NCBI GenBank assembly: GCA_036703985.1
Contig: DATNQN010000123.1
Coordinates: forward strand, 1 to 62,815
Direction of reading: 5' to 3'
DNA length: 62,815 nucleotides
Source: Leptolyngbyaceae cyanobacterium
GTDB lineage: Bacteria; Cyanobacteriota; Cyanobacteriia; Cyanobacteriales; Aerosakkonemataceae
Shown here: one piece after another, positions 49,675-59,426 of the stretch
Layout: every line of letters starts with the position of its first letter
How positions within the stretch are numbered: position 1 is the stretch's first letter
Translations under genes and position numbers: made by a program
Notes under the pieces: model-generated
What the model was told of the DNA's origin: nothing
The model's input: the letters and a program-made list of their open reading frames with translations, nothing else
The model's database searches: none

Positions 49675-51801
49675 ATGAAACAAATCGATCGGTCAAAGTT
49701 GATATTTAAACTTTCCTTAGTACTTTGTCTTGCCAGTGCAATGACAATCTGTGCAGACATTGTTTATTATATGAAACAAGAAACAGAACGAACGGAAAAC
49801 GCTAAAAGCAATGGCAAGCAAGAAGCTGTTCGCGCTAAAAACGAGATAGAAAAGAGACTTCGCCAACTCCAAGTTGCGGCTGACTCGATTGCAGGGGATC
49901 TGAATTCGGGAAAATTGAAAGAAGAACAATTATTAGGGAGACTCGCCAGAGATTTAGAAAAAAACAGCGAATTTTCCGAAATGGGAGCCGCTTATATACC
50001 TTTTGCTTTTAATCCCAAGGAGCGACTGTACGCACCATTTTATAAAAGAGAAAATGGCCAAATCAAACTAGATCGGATCGAAAATTATTACGACTACGCT
50101 CAGCCGATCAAAAACAATCAATGGTATTTTAACGCTCTAGCAAAAGGCTCGTTTTGGATAGAACCTGCATTTGATAAATCTTCTAACACGGTAGTAGCAG
50201 AATATCATAAGGTTTTTACTCGTAATGACCCTCAAACTAAAGAAAAAAAGCCGACTGGATTGATTTATGCCAACTATTCGCTCGAACGGCTTAATGAATT
50301 GTTCGATTCGCTCGATTTAGGTAAATCCGGCTATGGAATCTTACTATCTAAACAAGGCAAATTACTGATACATCCCAATCGAGATTATACCAAGAATCAA
50401 AGGAGTATTTTCGATTTAGCCAATCAAGTAAAAAGTCAACAACTGCGATATATAGGCGAGCAGGCGATTCAGGGTAAATCGTTTACAGTTGATTTTACTC
50501 AACCTAGTACGGGTCAACCTGCTTGGGTTTTTATCGAACCGATTCCTTTAACTGGATGGTCGCTGTTAGTAGTAATTGTTAAGGAAGATAGTGCTGTAGA
50601 TCAACGATTTATAAGACAGCAATTAATCCGGATCGCATTAGAAACGATCGCATTTTTGTGGTTTATTTCCATTCTCATTTTCCGTGCTTATCGAGGCAAT
50701 TTAAAAAGCCTCTGGGCAGTTTCTGTGAGTTTATCTCTTTATTGCATCGGTGGCATCGGATTTATTTGGTATCTGGTATGGTCGGAAAATAATTATAAAA
50801 ATACTCCTAATTTACTGCTCGGCAACCCAGCGGTCGAAACGTTTTTAGAACAGCAAGTTAAATTAGCCGAACAATCAAACCAAAAGCAGCCTATAATATC
50901 TATACCAACTGGTGTTTTTATTGAAACGCTTAAATTTACTAGTTCGAGTGATGTATACATGACTGGATACATCTGGCAGAAATATTATAATGGCGTACAT
51001 AACGGAGTAGAAAGAGGTGTTATATTACCAGAAGGTGCTGAAGACTTAGAAATTAAGGAAGCAACCCGTAAAAAAATCAAAGATTATGAATTGATTGGTT
51101 GGGAGTTTAAAGGAAATGTCCGTCAAACTTTTGATTTTTCTAAATATCCATTCGACTATAATGATATTTGGCTGAGGATATGGCCGCAAGATTTTCTGCA
51201 TAAAGATAAAAAATCTTTAATAGTTGCCAAGCCTGATTTTAATGGCTACGAGCTATTAAATCCCCTAAGTAAACCAGGGTTATTAGACAAAATAGCTTCA
51301 GAAAATTGGCTGATTGAAAGTAGTTTTTTTCAATACCAATTTGCCAACTTTAATACAAATTTTGGTGATGTAGACGCGGGAGAATTGAAAAATTATCCTG
51401 AGTTATACTTTACGATTATTCTCAAAAGAGGTTTAGTTGGCATTTTAATCGCTCGAATTATCCCCCTGAGTGTCGTGGCAATTTTGTTGTTTATTCTGCT
51501 CTTACTCAGTCGCGATAGTAGTATGGAAGTTTTGGGTGCTTGTGGCGGATTAATTTTTATTTTAATAGTCGATCAAATTGGTTTAAGAGGAGAAATTGCG
51601 GCCAGCGGAATAGTTTATTTGGAGTATATTTATTTCATATTATATCTGTTGATATTGCTGGTAGTAGTGAATGCCATCTTGTACAACGGCGAACAAAAGT
51701 TCTCTTCGATCGAGTATAAAAATAATTTATTACCAAAAATACTTTACTGGCCTGGTCTTTTAGGTGTTTTATTGATCTTAACAGCTGTCGCGTTTTATTA
51801 A
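49675..51801 (+). CDS. multi-TM membrane protein with an N-terminal periplasmic double-Cache-like sensor domain and no recognisable output domain
   Basis: TM1 at residues 10-30. ~300-aa extracytoplasmic region with a dCache-like pattern (YIPFAF...WYFNALAKGSFWIEPAFDKSS...; GLIYANYSLERL...GYGILLSKQGKLLIHPN). At least 6 further TM helices. Confidence 0.5.
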   Translation: MKQIDRSKLIFKLSLVLCLASAMTICADIVYYMKQETERTENAKSNGKQEAVRAKNEIEKRLRQLQVAADSIAGDLNSGKLKEEQLLGRLARDLEKNSEFSEMGAAYIPFAFNPKERLYAPFYKRENGQIKLDRIENYYDYAQPIKNNQWYFNALAKGSFWIEPAFDKSSNTVVAEYHKVFTRNDPQTKEKKPTGLIYANYSLERLNELFDSLDLGKSGYGILLSKQGKLLIHPNRDYTKNQRSIFDLANQVKSQQLRYIGEQAIQGKSFTVDFTQPSTGQPAWVFIEPIPLTGWSLLVVIVKEDSAVDQRFIRQQLIRIALETIAFLWFISILIFRAYRGNLKSLWAVSVSLSLYCIGGIGFIWYLVWSENNYKNTPNLLLGNPAVETFLEQQVKLAEQSNQKQPIISIPTGVFIETLKFTSSSDVYMTGYIWQKYYNGVHNGVERGVILPEGAEDLEIKEATRKKIKDYELIGWEFKGNVRQTFDFSKYPFDYNDIWLRIWPQDFLHKDKKSLIVAKPDFNGYELLNPLSKPGLLDKIASENWLIESSFFQYQFANFNTNFGDVDAGELKNYPELYFTIILKRGLVGILIARIIPLSVVAILLFILLLLSRDSSMEVLGACGGLIFILIVDQIGLRGEIAASGIVYLEYIYFILYLLILLVVVNAILYNGEQKFSSIEYKNNLLPKILYWPGLLGVLLILTAVAFY

Positions 51802-51824
51802 GATAATTAGCTAAAATATCAATC

Positions 51825-53147
51825 ATGCCTTCTCTAGATGCTCGATCGATCGCTTCGATCCTTTTCCTCCAACGCCAAGCGGCGTCTCTGTTGTTGTATC
51901 AGTCTGTTCTCCAGGAAGAACCGGGAATAGCTTTCATCAACTTGCTGGATGCTTTGCGACGACGAGATGCTGATGGGATAGTCTACTTATCTGCTTATGG
52001 GAGATGGTTTCGCGCCGTTGCCGCTACCAATCTCAGCTGGCAAGATTATTTACTCAAACAAATTCTCCGTAACGATAACCCATTTACTCAGCAATTGCAA
52101 AAGCAAGATTTGGCTAGTTTGTCACCAGCTTTGGTAGCAGCCGTTCAGCAGGATTTACAAGCTTTGCAAAGTCTCTACGAGTGTAGCGGTGCAGAACTGA
52201 GTTGTTGGGTACAAGAGGCATCGGAGTTACCTTTAGCACCTGTTGCTTGGTATCGCGATGACGATGGAACGAGCTTTTTATCAAAATTAGAAAAAAAGAC
52301 GATCGCATTTCTGCAAGAATCAGAAAATTGGGCAGACGCCATCGAAGATTTAGCCACTTACTATCGAGAATGCGGCGTTGGTATATTTGCCGAATATCGC
52401 GCTTTCCGCTGGCAGTCGGGACAGTTAATCGGCATTGGCAATCCCGATCCGATTAAACTAAATGAGTTAGTTGGTTATCAAACTCAAAAAGAAGCTTTAG
52501 TAAAAAATACCGAGTTTTTACTGACGGGTTTTTCAGCCCTGAACGTGTTACTTTATGGCAGTCGCGGTTCGGGAAAATCTTCTTTAGTTAAAGGATTGTT
52601 GAACGAATATTGGGATAGCAATCTCCGTTTGATTGAAGTTTCTAAAGCTGACTTGAAAGATTTAGCAATTATCGTGAATCGCTTGCGCGATCTCAGACAG
52701 AAATTTATTATTTTTGTAGACGACCTCTCCTTTGAGGAAGATGACGACGCTTTTAAATCACTCAAAGTAGTATTGGAAGGCAATATAACTGCTAGACCGC
52801 AAAATGTCGTGGTTTATGCTACTTCTAATCGGCGTCATCTAGTGCGAGAATTTTTTGCAGACCGCCCCCGTCCTAAGGATGCCGAGGAAATTCATAATTG
52901 GGATACGGTACAAGAAAAGCTTTCATTTAGCGATCGCTTTGGTTTAACTCTTACTTTTGAGCCAGCTAATCAAAAAACTTATTTAGAAATTATTAATCAT
53001 TTAACCGCACAAGCTGGTATTGCGATCGATCCGGAACAATTAGAAAAGCGGGCATTACAATGGGCAACTCGCCACAACGGACGTTCTGGCAGGACAGCAC
53101 GCCAATTTGTTGATTTTCTAAGGGCTGAGTTGGCAATTTCAGAATAG
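51825..53147 (+). CDS. COG2607/DUF815-type AAA+ ATPase
   Basis: Walker A LLYGSRGSGKSSLVKG. Walker B IIFVDDLSFEEDD. Sensor-1 VVYATSNRRHL. 23-bp gap after the Cache membrane-protein gene. Confidence 0.65.
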   Translation: MPSLDARSIASILFLQRQAASLLLYQSVLQEEPGIAFINLLDALRRRDADGIVYLSAYGRWFRAVAATNLSWQDYLLKQILRNDNPFTQQLQKQDLASLSPALVAAVQQDLQALQSLYECSGAELSCWVQEASELPLAPVAWYRDDDGTSFLSKLEKKTIAFLQESENWADAIEDLATYYRECGVGIFAEYRAFRWQSGQLIGIGNPDPIKLNELVGYQTQKEALVKNTEFLLTGFSALNVLLYGSRGSGKSSLVKGLLNEYWDSNLRLIEVSKADLKDLAIIVNRLRDLRQKFIIFVDDLSFEEDDDAFKSLKVVLEGNITARPQNVVVYATSNRRHLVREFFADRPRPKDAEEIHNWDTVQEKLSFSDRFGLTLTFEPANQKTYLEIINHLTAQAGIAIDPEQLEKRALQWATRHNGRSGRTARQFVDFLRAELAISE

Positions 53148-53398
53148 AATCCAGAATCCAGAATTCAGAATCCAGAATTCAGAATCCTTCAATCAATATA
53201 GTTTGCAGACTACCAAATTGAAAATTTAGCGAGGGACTTAAACCAGTTTATACATCTGCCAGTTACGCTACAATTCCATTGGAGAATTCTGACTCCTGAC
53301 TTCTGAATTCTGTTTTATTAAATTTTTTTTACGAAATTGCCGATCGTACTCCTGTAGTAGCAATACTGAAAACAGTTTTATGGCAAGAGGAAACCAAA

Positions 53399-53845
53399 AT
53401 GGGCTTGTTCGATAAAATAACTGGTGGTCGCAGGCAAACCCAAACAACGCTAGGGCCAGCCGAAGGATTTGCCGCGATCGCGTTAATCGCAGTCGCCGCA
53501 GATGGTTACATGACTGATTCGGAAGCTCAAGTTATTAGCAGTACTCTATCTCGGATGCAACTTTTCCGGAGTTATCCCGGAGATGTCATGCGAAGAATGA
53601 TCGATAAACTCCTGGGAATTCTCCAACGAGAAGGAGTTGATGCTTTATTTAATGCTGCGCTGGCTACTCTTCCCGATGAATTAAAAGAAACTGTTTTTGC
53701 CGTAGCAACGGATATCGTTTTGGCAGATGGAGAAGTTACTGAAGAAGAAGAAAAACTGTTGAACGATCTTTACCGCGCTTTAGAAATTTCCGAAGCAACC
53801 GCCATCAAAATTATCGATGTAATGATGATCAAAAATAAAGGTTGA
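53399..53845 (+). CDS. TerB-family (tellurite-resistance TerB-like) protein
   Basis: 148 aa. Two TerB-like helical hairpins with the acidic motif (ADGEVTEEEEKLLNDL). Confidence 0.55.
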   Translation: MGLFDKITGGRRQTQTTLGPAEGFAAIALIAVAADGYMTDSEAQVISSTLSRMQLFRSYPGDVMRRMIDKLLGILQREGVDALFNAALATLPDELKETVFAVATDIVLADGEVTEEEEKLLNDLYRALEISEATAIKIIDVMMIKNKG

Positions 53846-53910
53846 ACAAGCATAGAAAATTCAGAATTCGGCAAGCGATTAGCAGTAAATCAAAGTCGTT
53901 AGCCAAATAA

Positions 53911-54014
53911 TATAGCGATCCTAAATGAATTGCGAACAACTCAACCCCACCCAACCCTCCCCTTACTAAGGGGAGGGCTAGGGTGGGGTTGATTACTTAA
54001 ATAGGATCGCTATA
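53911..54014. repeat. MITE-like element: 12-bp terminal inverted repeats (ATAGCGATCCTA / TAGGATCGCTAT) enclosing a GC-rich ~22-bp-stem hairpin (CAACCCCACCCAACCCTCCCC...GGGGAGGGCTAGGGTGGGGTTG)
   Basis: Both nested inverted repeats read directly. It shares the GGGGAGGGG and GGGGTTGGGG cores with the element inserted in the patA-like gene at 60.4 kb. Confidence 0.5.
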
Positions 54015-54091
54015 GAGCACTTTTTTTGGTAAACGATGCAACCGGACATGATATAAATCCTGAATCTTGAATTCTGAATTCTTCTTTTATC

Positions 54092-54229
54092 ATGTTCGTA
54101 TTCGAGTTTAAATGCCTGGGAAAACCTAAGCAGTACACAGCAATTGAAGAAGCCATTCGCACATCCCAGTTCATCAGAAACAAATGCCTAAGGCTTTGGA
54201 TAGATAACAAAGGCGTCAATTGTCAATAA
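54092..54229 (+). pseudogene. IS200/IS605-family TnpB (OrfB) N-terminal relic, 45 codons
   Basis: MFVFEFKCLGKPKQYTAIEEAIRTSQFIRNKCLRLWIDNKG matches the conserved N-terminus of cyanobacterial TnpB proteins. The frame terminates after 45 codons and overlaps the stop of the convergent histidine kinase gene. No downstream RuvC/Zn-finger part. Confidence 0.5.
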
Positions 54230-57200
54230 CTCAATAAACTAAAAATTGCTGATATTAATTCCGTGGTATCTACGGGTTTGGCAATATGTTTCTGAAATCC
54301 GGCTGCTAGCGCTTGTTCGCGATCGTATTCTGCTGCATAAGCAGTTAAAGCGATCGCCGGAATTTTTCCTCCTTCCCATACCGATCGCGACCTGATCTGA
54401 CGGATCAGCATATAACCATCTACTTCTGGCATTCCAATATCGCTAATTAAAATATCTGGTTGAAACTCATCTAATATAGATAAAGCTTCTTTTCCAGAAG
54501 CCGCAACTTTTATATTTGCTCCGTATTCTGCCAAAATAATACTGACTAACTCTCTGATATCTGCATCATCATCTACCACTAAAATTCGCCAGCCACTTAA
54601 GTTATTAGGAGTAACGGGTAACTGACAATCTTGATTAGTTTCCTCAATTGTTTCGATCAGAGGTAGCCTAATCGTGAAAGTCGCCCCCATTCCTTCTCCC
54701 AAACTTCCCGCTTCCACAGTACCGCCATGCAGTTCGGTTAATTGGCGCACGATCGCTAATCCTAATCCCAGTCCACCAAATTTGCGCGTAGTACCCCCAT
54801 CAGCTTGTCGGAAATAATCAAATACATACGGCAGAAATTCGGGTGAGATCCCCATTCCGGTATCTTTAATTTGGATTTGAGCAAAAGAACCAATTGATTC
54901 TAAACGCACTTCCACTCGTCCGCCAGTCGGGGTAAACTTAATCGCATTAGAAAGTAAGTTCCAAAAAACTTGCTGAAGGCGACCGGCATCACCAGAAATT
55001 TGCCCGACATTCCAATCCAGCCAAGTTTGAATTTCAATTCCTTTTGCTTCTGCTGCTAATCGCACAGTTTCTAAAGCAGCGTCAATGGTGCTGATTAAGT
55101 TAACTCGGTCAACATTTAAGACCATTTTGCCGCGTAGAATGCGAGAAACATCGAGCAAGTCTTCGATTAATTGTGTTTGCAATTTGGCGTTGCGTTCGAT
55201 CGTTTCTAAAGCTTTTTCGGTGGTTTTTTCATCTAACTGGCGAGTTCGCAATAAATTAGTCCAGCCTAAAATGGGGTTGAGAGGCGATCGCAATTCATGG
55301 GAAAGCACTGCCAAAAACTGATCCTTGATTCGATTAGCGTTCTCTGCTTCCAGGCGTGCTGCTTGCTCTAGCGCTAGCAATCGCTCTTTTTCTTCCTCTG
55401 CCAATTTGCGATCGGTTACCTCTTGCACTACTCCCAACATCCGCAAAACTTGACCGTTAGCATTATATTGGGCGCGTCCTTTGGCAGAAATCCACTTTGT
55501 GGTGCGATCGCGATCGACTAACCGATACTCGATATCGTAATCAATCCGTTCGGCGATCGCTCTTTCCACTGCTAAGCGAGCCCGTTCCCTATCTTCTGGA
55601 TGAAGTAGTTCTCTCATCATCCGCCAAGTCACGAACGATCCGGATGGGATACCGAAAATTTCCGCCGCTCGATCGCTTAACGTTACCGCATCGGTTGCGG
55701 CATCCCAACTCCAGTCTCCCAAATGAGTAACTGATAGTGCCAAATTTAACCGTTCTGCATTTTCCCGCACCGCCTCTTCCGCTCGTTTGCGCTGACTCAG
55801 ATCGAGAATAAAACTAATCACGTTTTCGCGGGGATCGTTCTCTAAAAGGGCTGCCCCCACTAGAACGGGTACTCGACGATTATCTTTACTGATAAATGCT
55901 TTTTCATAAGGAGTATGTGCTCCTTTCGTAATCAATTCCTCTAAAGCAGGTACGTCCAGATAGCGTAAATCCGGCGGTGTCATTTCGTCCCAGCGCACCC
56001 GTCCCTCTGCGACATCTTGGCGGGTGTAGTTCGTCATTTTCAAGAAAGCATCGTTGGCATCGGTAATTGCACCGTCCGTAGTCGCCGAAACTACACCGAT
56101 GATATTGGCATCTACTAATCGTCGAAATTTGGCTTCGCTGCGGCGCAGTTCTTCCTTGGCGCGTTTGGCTTCCGTAATATCGTTAAAAATGGCGACGGCG
56201 GCAGTAATTTCTTTGCGATCGTAAATTGGTGCGGAACTGATTTCTACAAAACCGCGACTGCCGTTTGTATGGATGAACTCGACTTCTTCTTTCACGATCG
56301 TTTCTCCCGTTTTCAGCGATCGCGCGATCGGGTATTCTTCTTTTCTAAGAGGCGTACCGTCTTCGTGAATACCCGTATATTCGTCGTATCTTTCTATTTC
56401 AGAAATCGCTGGATAGCCCAAAATCGCTTCTACTTGCTGATTGGCTAAAATCGTTTTACCAGTTACCCGATCGGCAATAATTACTCCCGCAGGCATTTGC
56501 CGTAGCACGGCTTCAAAAAGCGATCGTTCGATTTCTAATTGATGTAGCAATTGTTCTCTTTCTGCTTCGATCTTTTCCCTTTGCGCGATCTCTTGTCTGA
56601 GTTTTTCTAAAGCAACTGCCATATCCGCACGAGTAGCGCTATCTGTTGCCAACAGTCGATCGAGTTCTTCTTCCAAAGTGCGATCGCTCGATCGCACTAC
56701 AAACTCATCAAATTCATCACCCCTAGCAATAAACGACGTTTGTTCGCTCCAGCAATTCGTATCGAACAGCTTAGTACAGACACCCGCAAACTTACCCGCC
56801 ATCATTCCGCTACCCCAGCACACCCCCAGCGCTTTTTGATAACGTCCTTCCCAACTATCCGCTACTCGAAAGCGACATAATTGTTTTTCCCAATCTATAT
56901 CGAGCAGTTGCATATTTCCCCAACCAGCTGCCCGCGCCATTGTTGCTAAAGTAGCAAATCCTTCCTCAAAAGTTTCAAATTGAGAAATCACTTGCCAATC
57001 TGTTTCCACGCTTTTGCGCCCCTCACTTTGGAGTGCCAAAGCAAACCTTTGGTTACCTACCATTGCCTGAAAAGCAGACATCAAGCCAGCTAGGGTTGTA
57101 TCTAACCACATCAGGATGCCCGGAACTCCCGCGATCGTAAAAGTGCCTCGTTCCACCTGCCATTCGATATCGCAACCCGAGACGTGAATTTTATTTGATG

Positions 57201-57330
57201 AGGCTGGCGATCGTACCTGGGGAAACTTTGTTTGTTCTATTTCTACTAGTTGTTGACGCAAAGCAACTAGTTCTTCAATCAACTCATCTTTAGTTTTTTC
57301 TTTATCTTGCATCGTCGCTATACCAAGCAA
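54223..57330 (-). CDS. hybrid sensor histidine kinase/response regulator with N-terminal V4R-like domain, multiple PAS, HisKA, HATPase and REC
   Basis: N-terminal ~230 aa (GVPGILMW...GWG...) resemble a 4-vinyl-reductase-type small-molecule-binding domain. Three PAS blocks. H-box FLAVLSHELRSPLNPILGW. C-terminal receiver (VVDDDADIRE...DIGMPEVDGY..K). Confidence 0.8.
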   Translation of the reverse strand: MLGIATMQDKEKTKDELIEELVALRQQLVEIEQTKFPQVRSPASSNKIHVSGCDIEWQVERGTFTIAGVPGILMWLDTTLAGLMSAFQAMVGNQRFALALQSEGRKSVETDWQVISQFETFEEGFATLATMARAAGWGNMQLLDIDWEKQLCRFRVADSWEGRYQKALGVCWGSGMMAGKFAGVCTKLFDTNCWSEQTSFIARGDEFDEFVVRSSDRTLEEELDRLLATDSATRADMAVALEKLRQEIAQREKIEAEREQLLHQLEIERSLFEAVLRQMPAGVIIADRVTGKTILANQQVEAILGYPAISEIERYDEYTGIHEDGTPLRKEEYPIARSLKTGETIVKEEVEFIHTNGSRGFVEISSAPIYDRKEITAAVAIFNDITEAKRAKEELRRSEAKFRRLVDANIIGVVSATTDGAITDANDAFLKMTNYTRQDVAEGRVRWDEMTPPDLRYLDVPALEELITKGAHTPYEKAFISKDNRRVPVLVGAALLENDPRENVISFILDLSQRKRAEEAVRENAERLNLALSVTHLGDWSWDAATDAVTLSDRAAEIFGIPSGSFVTWRMMRELLHPEDRERARLAVERAIAERIDYDIEYRLVDRDRTTKWISAKGRAQYNANGQVLRMLGVVQEVTDRKLAEEEKERLLALEQAARLEAENANRIKDQFLAVLSHELRSPLNPILGWTNLLRTRQLDEKTTEKALETIERNAKLQTQLIEDLLDVSRILRGKMVLNVDRVNLISTIDAALETVRLAAEAKGIEIQTWLDWNVGQISGDAGRLQQVFWNLLSNAIKFTPTGGRVEVRLESIGSFAQIQIKDTGMGISPEFLPYVFDYFRQADGGTTRKFGGLGLGLAIVRQLTELHGGTVEAGSLGEGMGATFTIRLPLIETIEETNQDCQLPVTPNNLSGWRILVVDDDADIRELVSIILAEYGANIKVAASGKEALSILDEFQPDILISDIGMPEVDGYMLIRQIRSRSVWEGGKIPAIALTAYAAEYDREQALAAGFQKHIAKPVDTTELISAIFSLLSY

Positions 57331-58147
57331 AACTCAAAACGACCGAGCTAATTTGTCGCGATCGGGTAAATTTCAGTAGATTATTAGTTATAAGTTTTTA
57401 AAACTATAGCCTAAGTCTACTATTTTACTTACCAATCTAACGATAGATGACAAGTTAAAATAATTCACCATTAGATAGACTTTTTAACCTTTGCTGAATA
57501 AACTTGTTGCTCCTTTGTTTTAACCGTTCAGTTTGCTAAATTAACGGCTGCGTCATACAGTACAATAGAGGAAACAACAACCAAACATTATCTTTTCTTA
57601 ATAACTCAAGTTGCTAGTTATCCAAACTTAGGGAGGTAGGGACTCTCTTGCTAGGGAAAGAAGGGACTAGAAGTAAATCATCTGAAAAAGGTTTCAATTT
57701 TTAATCATCTTCTCATCTCAATACCAGCCTAAACCTTATAAATAGCAACTTACGTTAATATTTTTGAACTGCTAATTAGCATTTGCCAACTCTACTCATT
57801 TTGGCATACTCCATAATCTACTGCCCATTTAAATTTCACGGTTAAGCCTCTCGGCTGAAAGATTGAATCTGGTATCCTCCACTACATTAAAACTATCACG
57901 CTTAGCTGACCGGGGTTTCCCATCCTTCAGGACAGTAACTTTTCTAAAGTATTAGCATTTTTTTCAAAAAAATAACCTTTCAGCATGAAGATAAAAACGA
58001 ATTATTTTGCATTTGTCTATCTTTATCTATAATTAAAATAGGTTAAAAACATTTAAAACTATTCCGCAACCCTCTCCCATTTGGCCGATGAAATTGATTG
58101 ATTAATTTGTTTAAATTGTATGGTACGAAACAGTGGAGAGTAAAATT

Positions 58148-58687
58148 ATGCGCCCATTAAATATTGGTTTATCAACCGAACAACGTCAAGGTGTAATCGA
58201 TTTATTAAACCGCGATTTATCCGACGCTTATCTACTTTTAATTAAAACCAAAAAGTACCATTGGGACGTAGTAGGGCCACAATTCCGTTCGTTGCACCAA
58301 ATGTGGGAAGAGCATTACACTGCTTTAACGGAAAACATTGATGCGATCGCAGAACGAGTCCGCGCTTTAGGTGGCTATCCCTTAGGTACAGCCGAAGGTT
58401 TCCTGAAATATGCCTCCCTCAAAGAAGATGCTGGCAGCCTGCCGAACGCTCAAGGTATGGTAGAAAACCTCGTCAACGATCACGAACAAGTGATCCGCAA
58501 CTACCGCGATCATATTGACCAATGTGCAGAAAAATTCCACGATCAAGGTACAGCTGATTTCTTAACAGGTTTGATGGAACAGCACGAAGAAATGGCTTGG
58601 ATGTTGCGTTCCTTTATCGAAGGTGAAGATATCGTTCCCGACGGTAAGCTGAAGTCAGAATTGAAAGTTCCAGTGAACTCTAAGTAA
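58148..58687 (+). CDS. dps: Dps-family ferritin-like DNA-protection protein
   Basis: LLLIKTKKYHWDVVGPQFRSLHQMWEEHY...E...D.IAERVRALGG equals the Dps ferroxidase-centre region. Start taken at MRPLNIG. Confidence 0.8.
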   Translation: MRPLNIGLSTEQRQGVIDLLNRDLSDAYLLLIKTKKYHWDVVGPQFRSLHQMWEEHYTALTENIDAIAERVRALGGYPLGTAEGFLKYASLKEDAGSLPNAQGMVENLVNDHEQVIRNYRDHIDQCAEKFHDQGTADFLTGLMEQHEEMAWMLRSFIEGEDIVPDGKLKSELKVPVNSK

Positions 58688-58715
58688 TCAGATTCCAGAA
58701 CTTTTCAGCTACATA

Positions 58716-58746
58716 GAAACCCGGTTTCTTCAAGAAACCTGGTTTC
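58716..58746 (+). terminator. intrinsic terminator, third copy of the GAAACCCGGTTTCTTCAAGAAACC(T)GGTTTC palindrome family
   Basis: Stem-loop read directly 28 bp after the dps stop. One stem mismatch relative to the copies at 15268 and 36154. Confidence 0.55.
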
Positions 58747-58917
58747 TGATTTTACTTAATCCGATCGCAAATGGTATCAAGAATACAAACAGCCGAAATC
58801 CGGTCAAACGATCGAGAAAGTAATTAATTGTTGGAAAAAATCGCAAACAGCTACTTTTGGAGAACGCCACATTAGAGGAAATTCAGAAAATTTTAGAAAA
58901 TAGATTTTAGCTAGATT

Positions 58918-59346
58918 CTAGCCCCTTCTTCCCCTAGCCCCATCACTTCTATTTTGACAAACTACTGCATCAGAATACTGAGACCCAAGGGTATACAATC
59001 GAGTAGCTTGAGAGCGCCGGAAAAGAGCTTCGGCTTGAGTTTGATTTCCCATTTTGAGGTGCAGTTCTCCCAGAGCGATCAGACTGAGAGCGAAATCGGG
59101 ATGTTCCGAACCCAAAACATTCTCCTGCATAGCCAAAGCGCGTTCCACAATAGGAATTGCTTGAGCGTACCTACCTTGTTTGTAAAGCTGAGAAGCTTGC
59201 TGGATCAGGCGTTTTGCTTCTTCCACTTCAGCACACTGTTCGGCAGAAAGCGTTGGCTTTTGTGCCATCATTCTACTAGGAACGATCGTTACAATACCCA
59301 GCGTGGCGATAAAAACAGTTGTCCACAGCAGCATTCTCCGGCTCAT
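58918..59346 (-). CDS. secreted TPR-repeat protein
   Basis: Signal peptide/TM (LLWTTVFIATLGIVTIV). Two or three TPR units (AEALFRRS; YAQAIPIVERALAM...; ALSLIALGELHLKMGNQTQAEALF). Confidence 0.55.
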   Translation of the reverse strand: MSRRMLLWTTVFIATLGIVTIVPSRMMAQKPTLSAEQCAEVEEAKRLIQQASQLYKQGRYAQAIPIVERALAMQENVLGSEHPDFALSLIALGELHLKMGNQTQAEALFRRSQATRLYTLGSQYSDAVVCQNRSDGARGRRG

Positions 59347-59426
59347 AATGTTTCCCCATCCGTAAGTTAAGGTATTTTATAGATAGAATTCTGCTTATCC
59401 ACTGCGATCGTTGCTCCTGATTTTTG

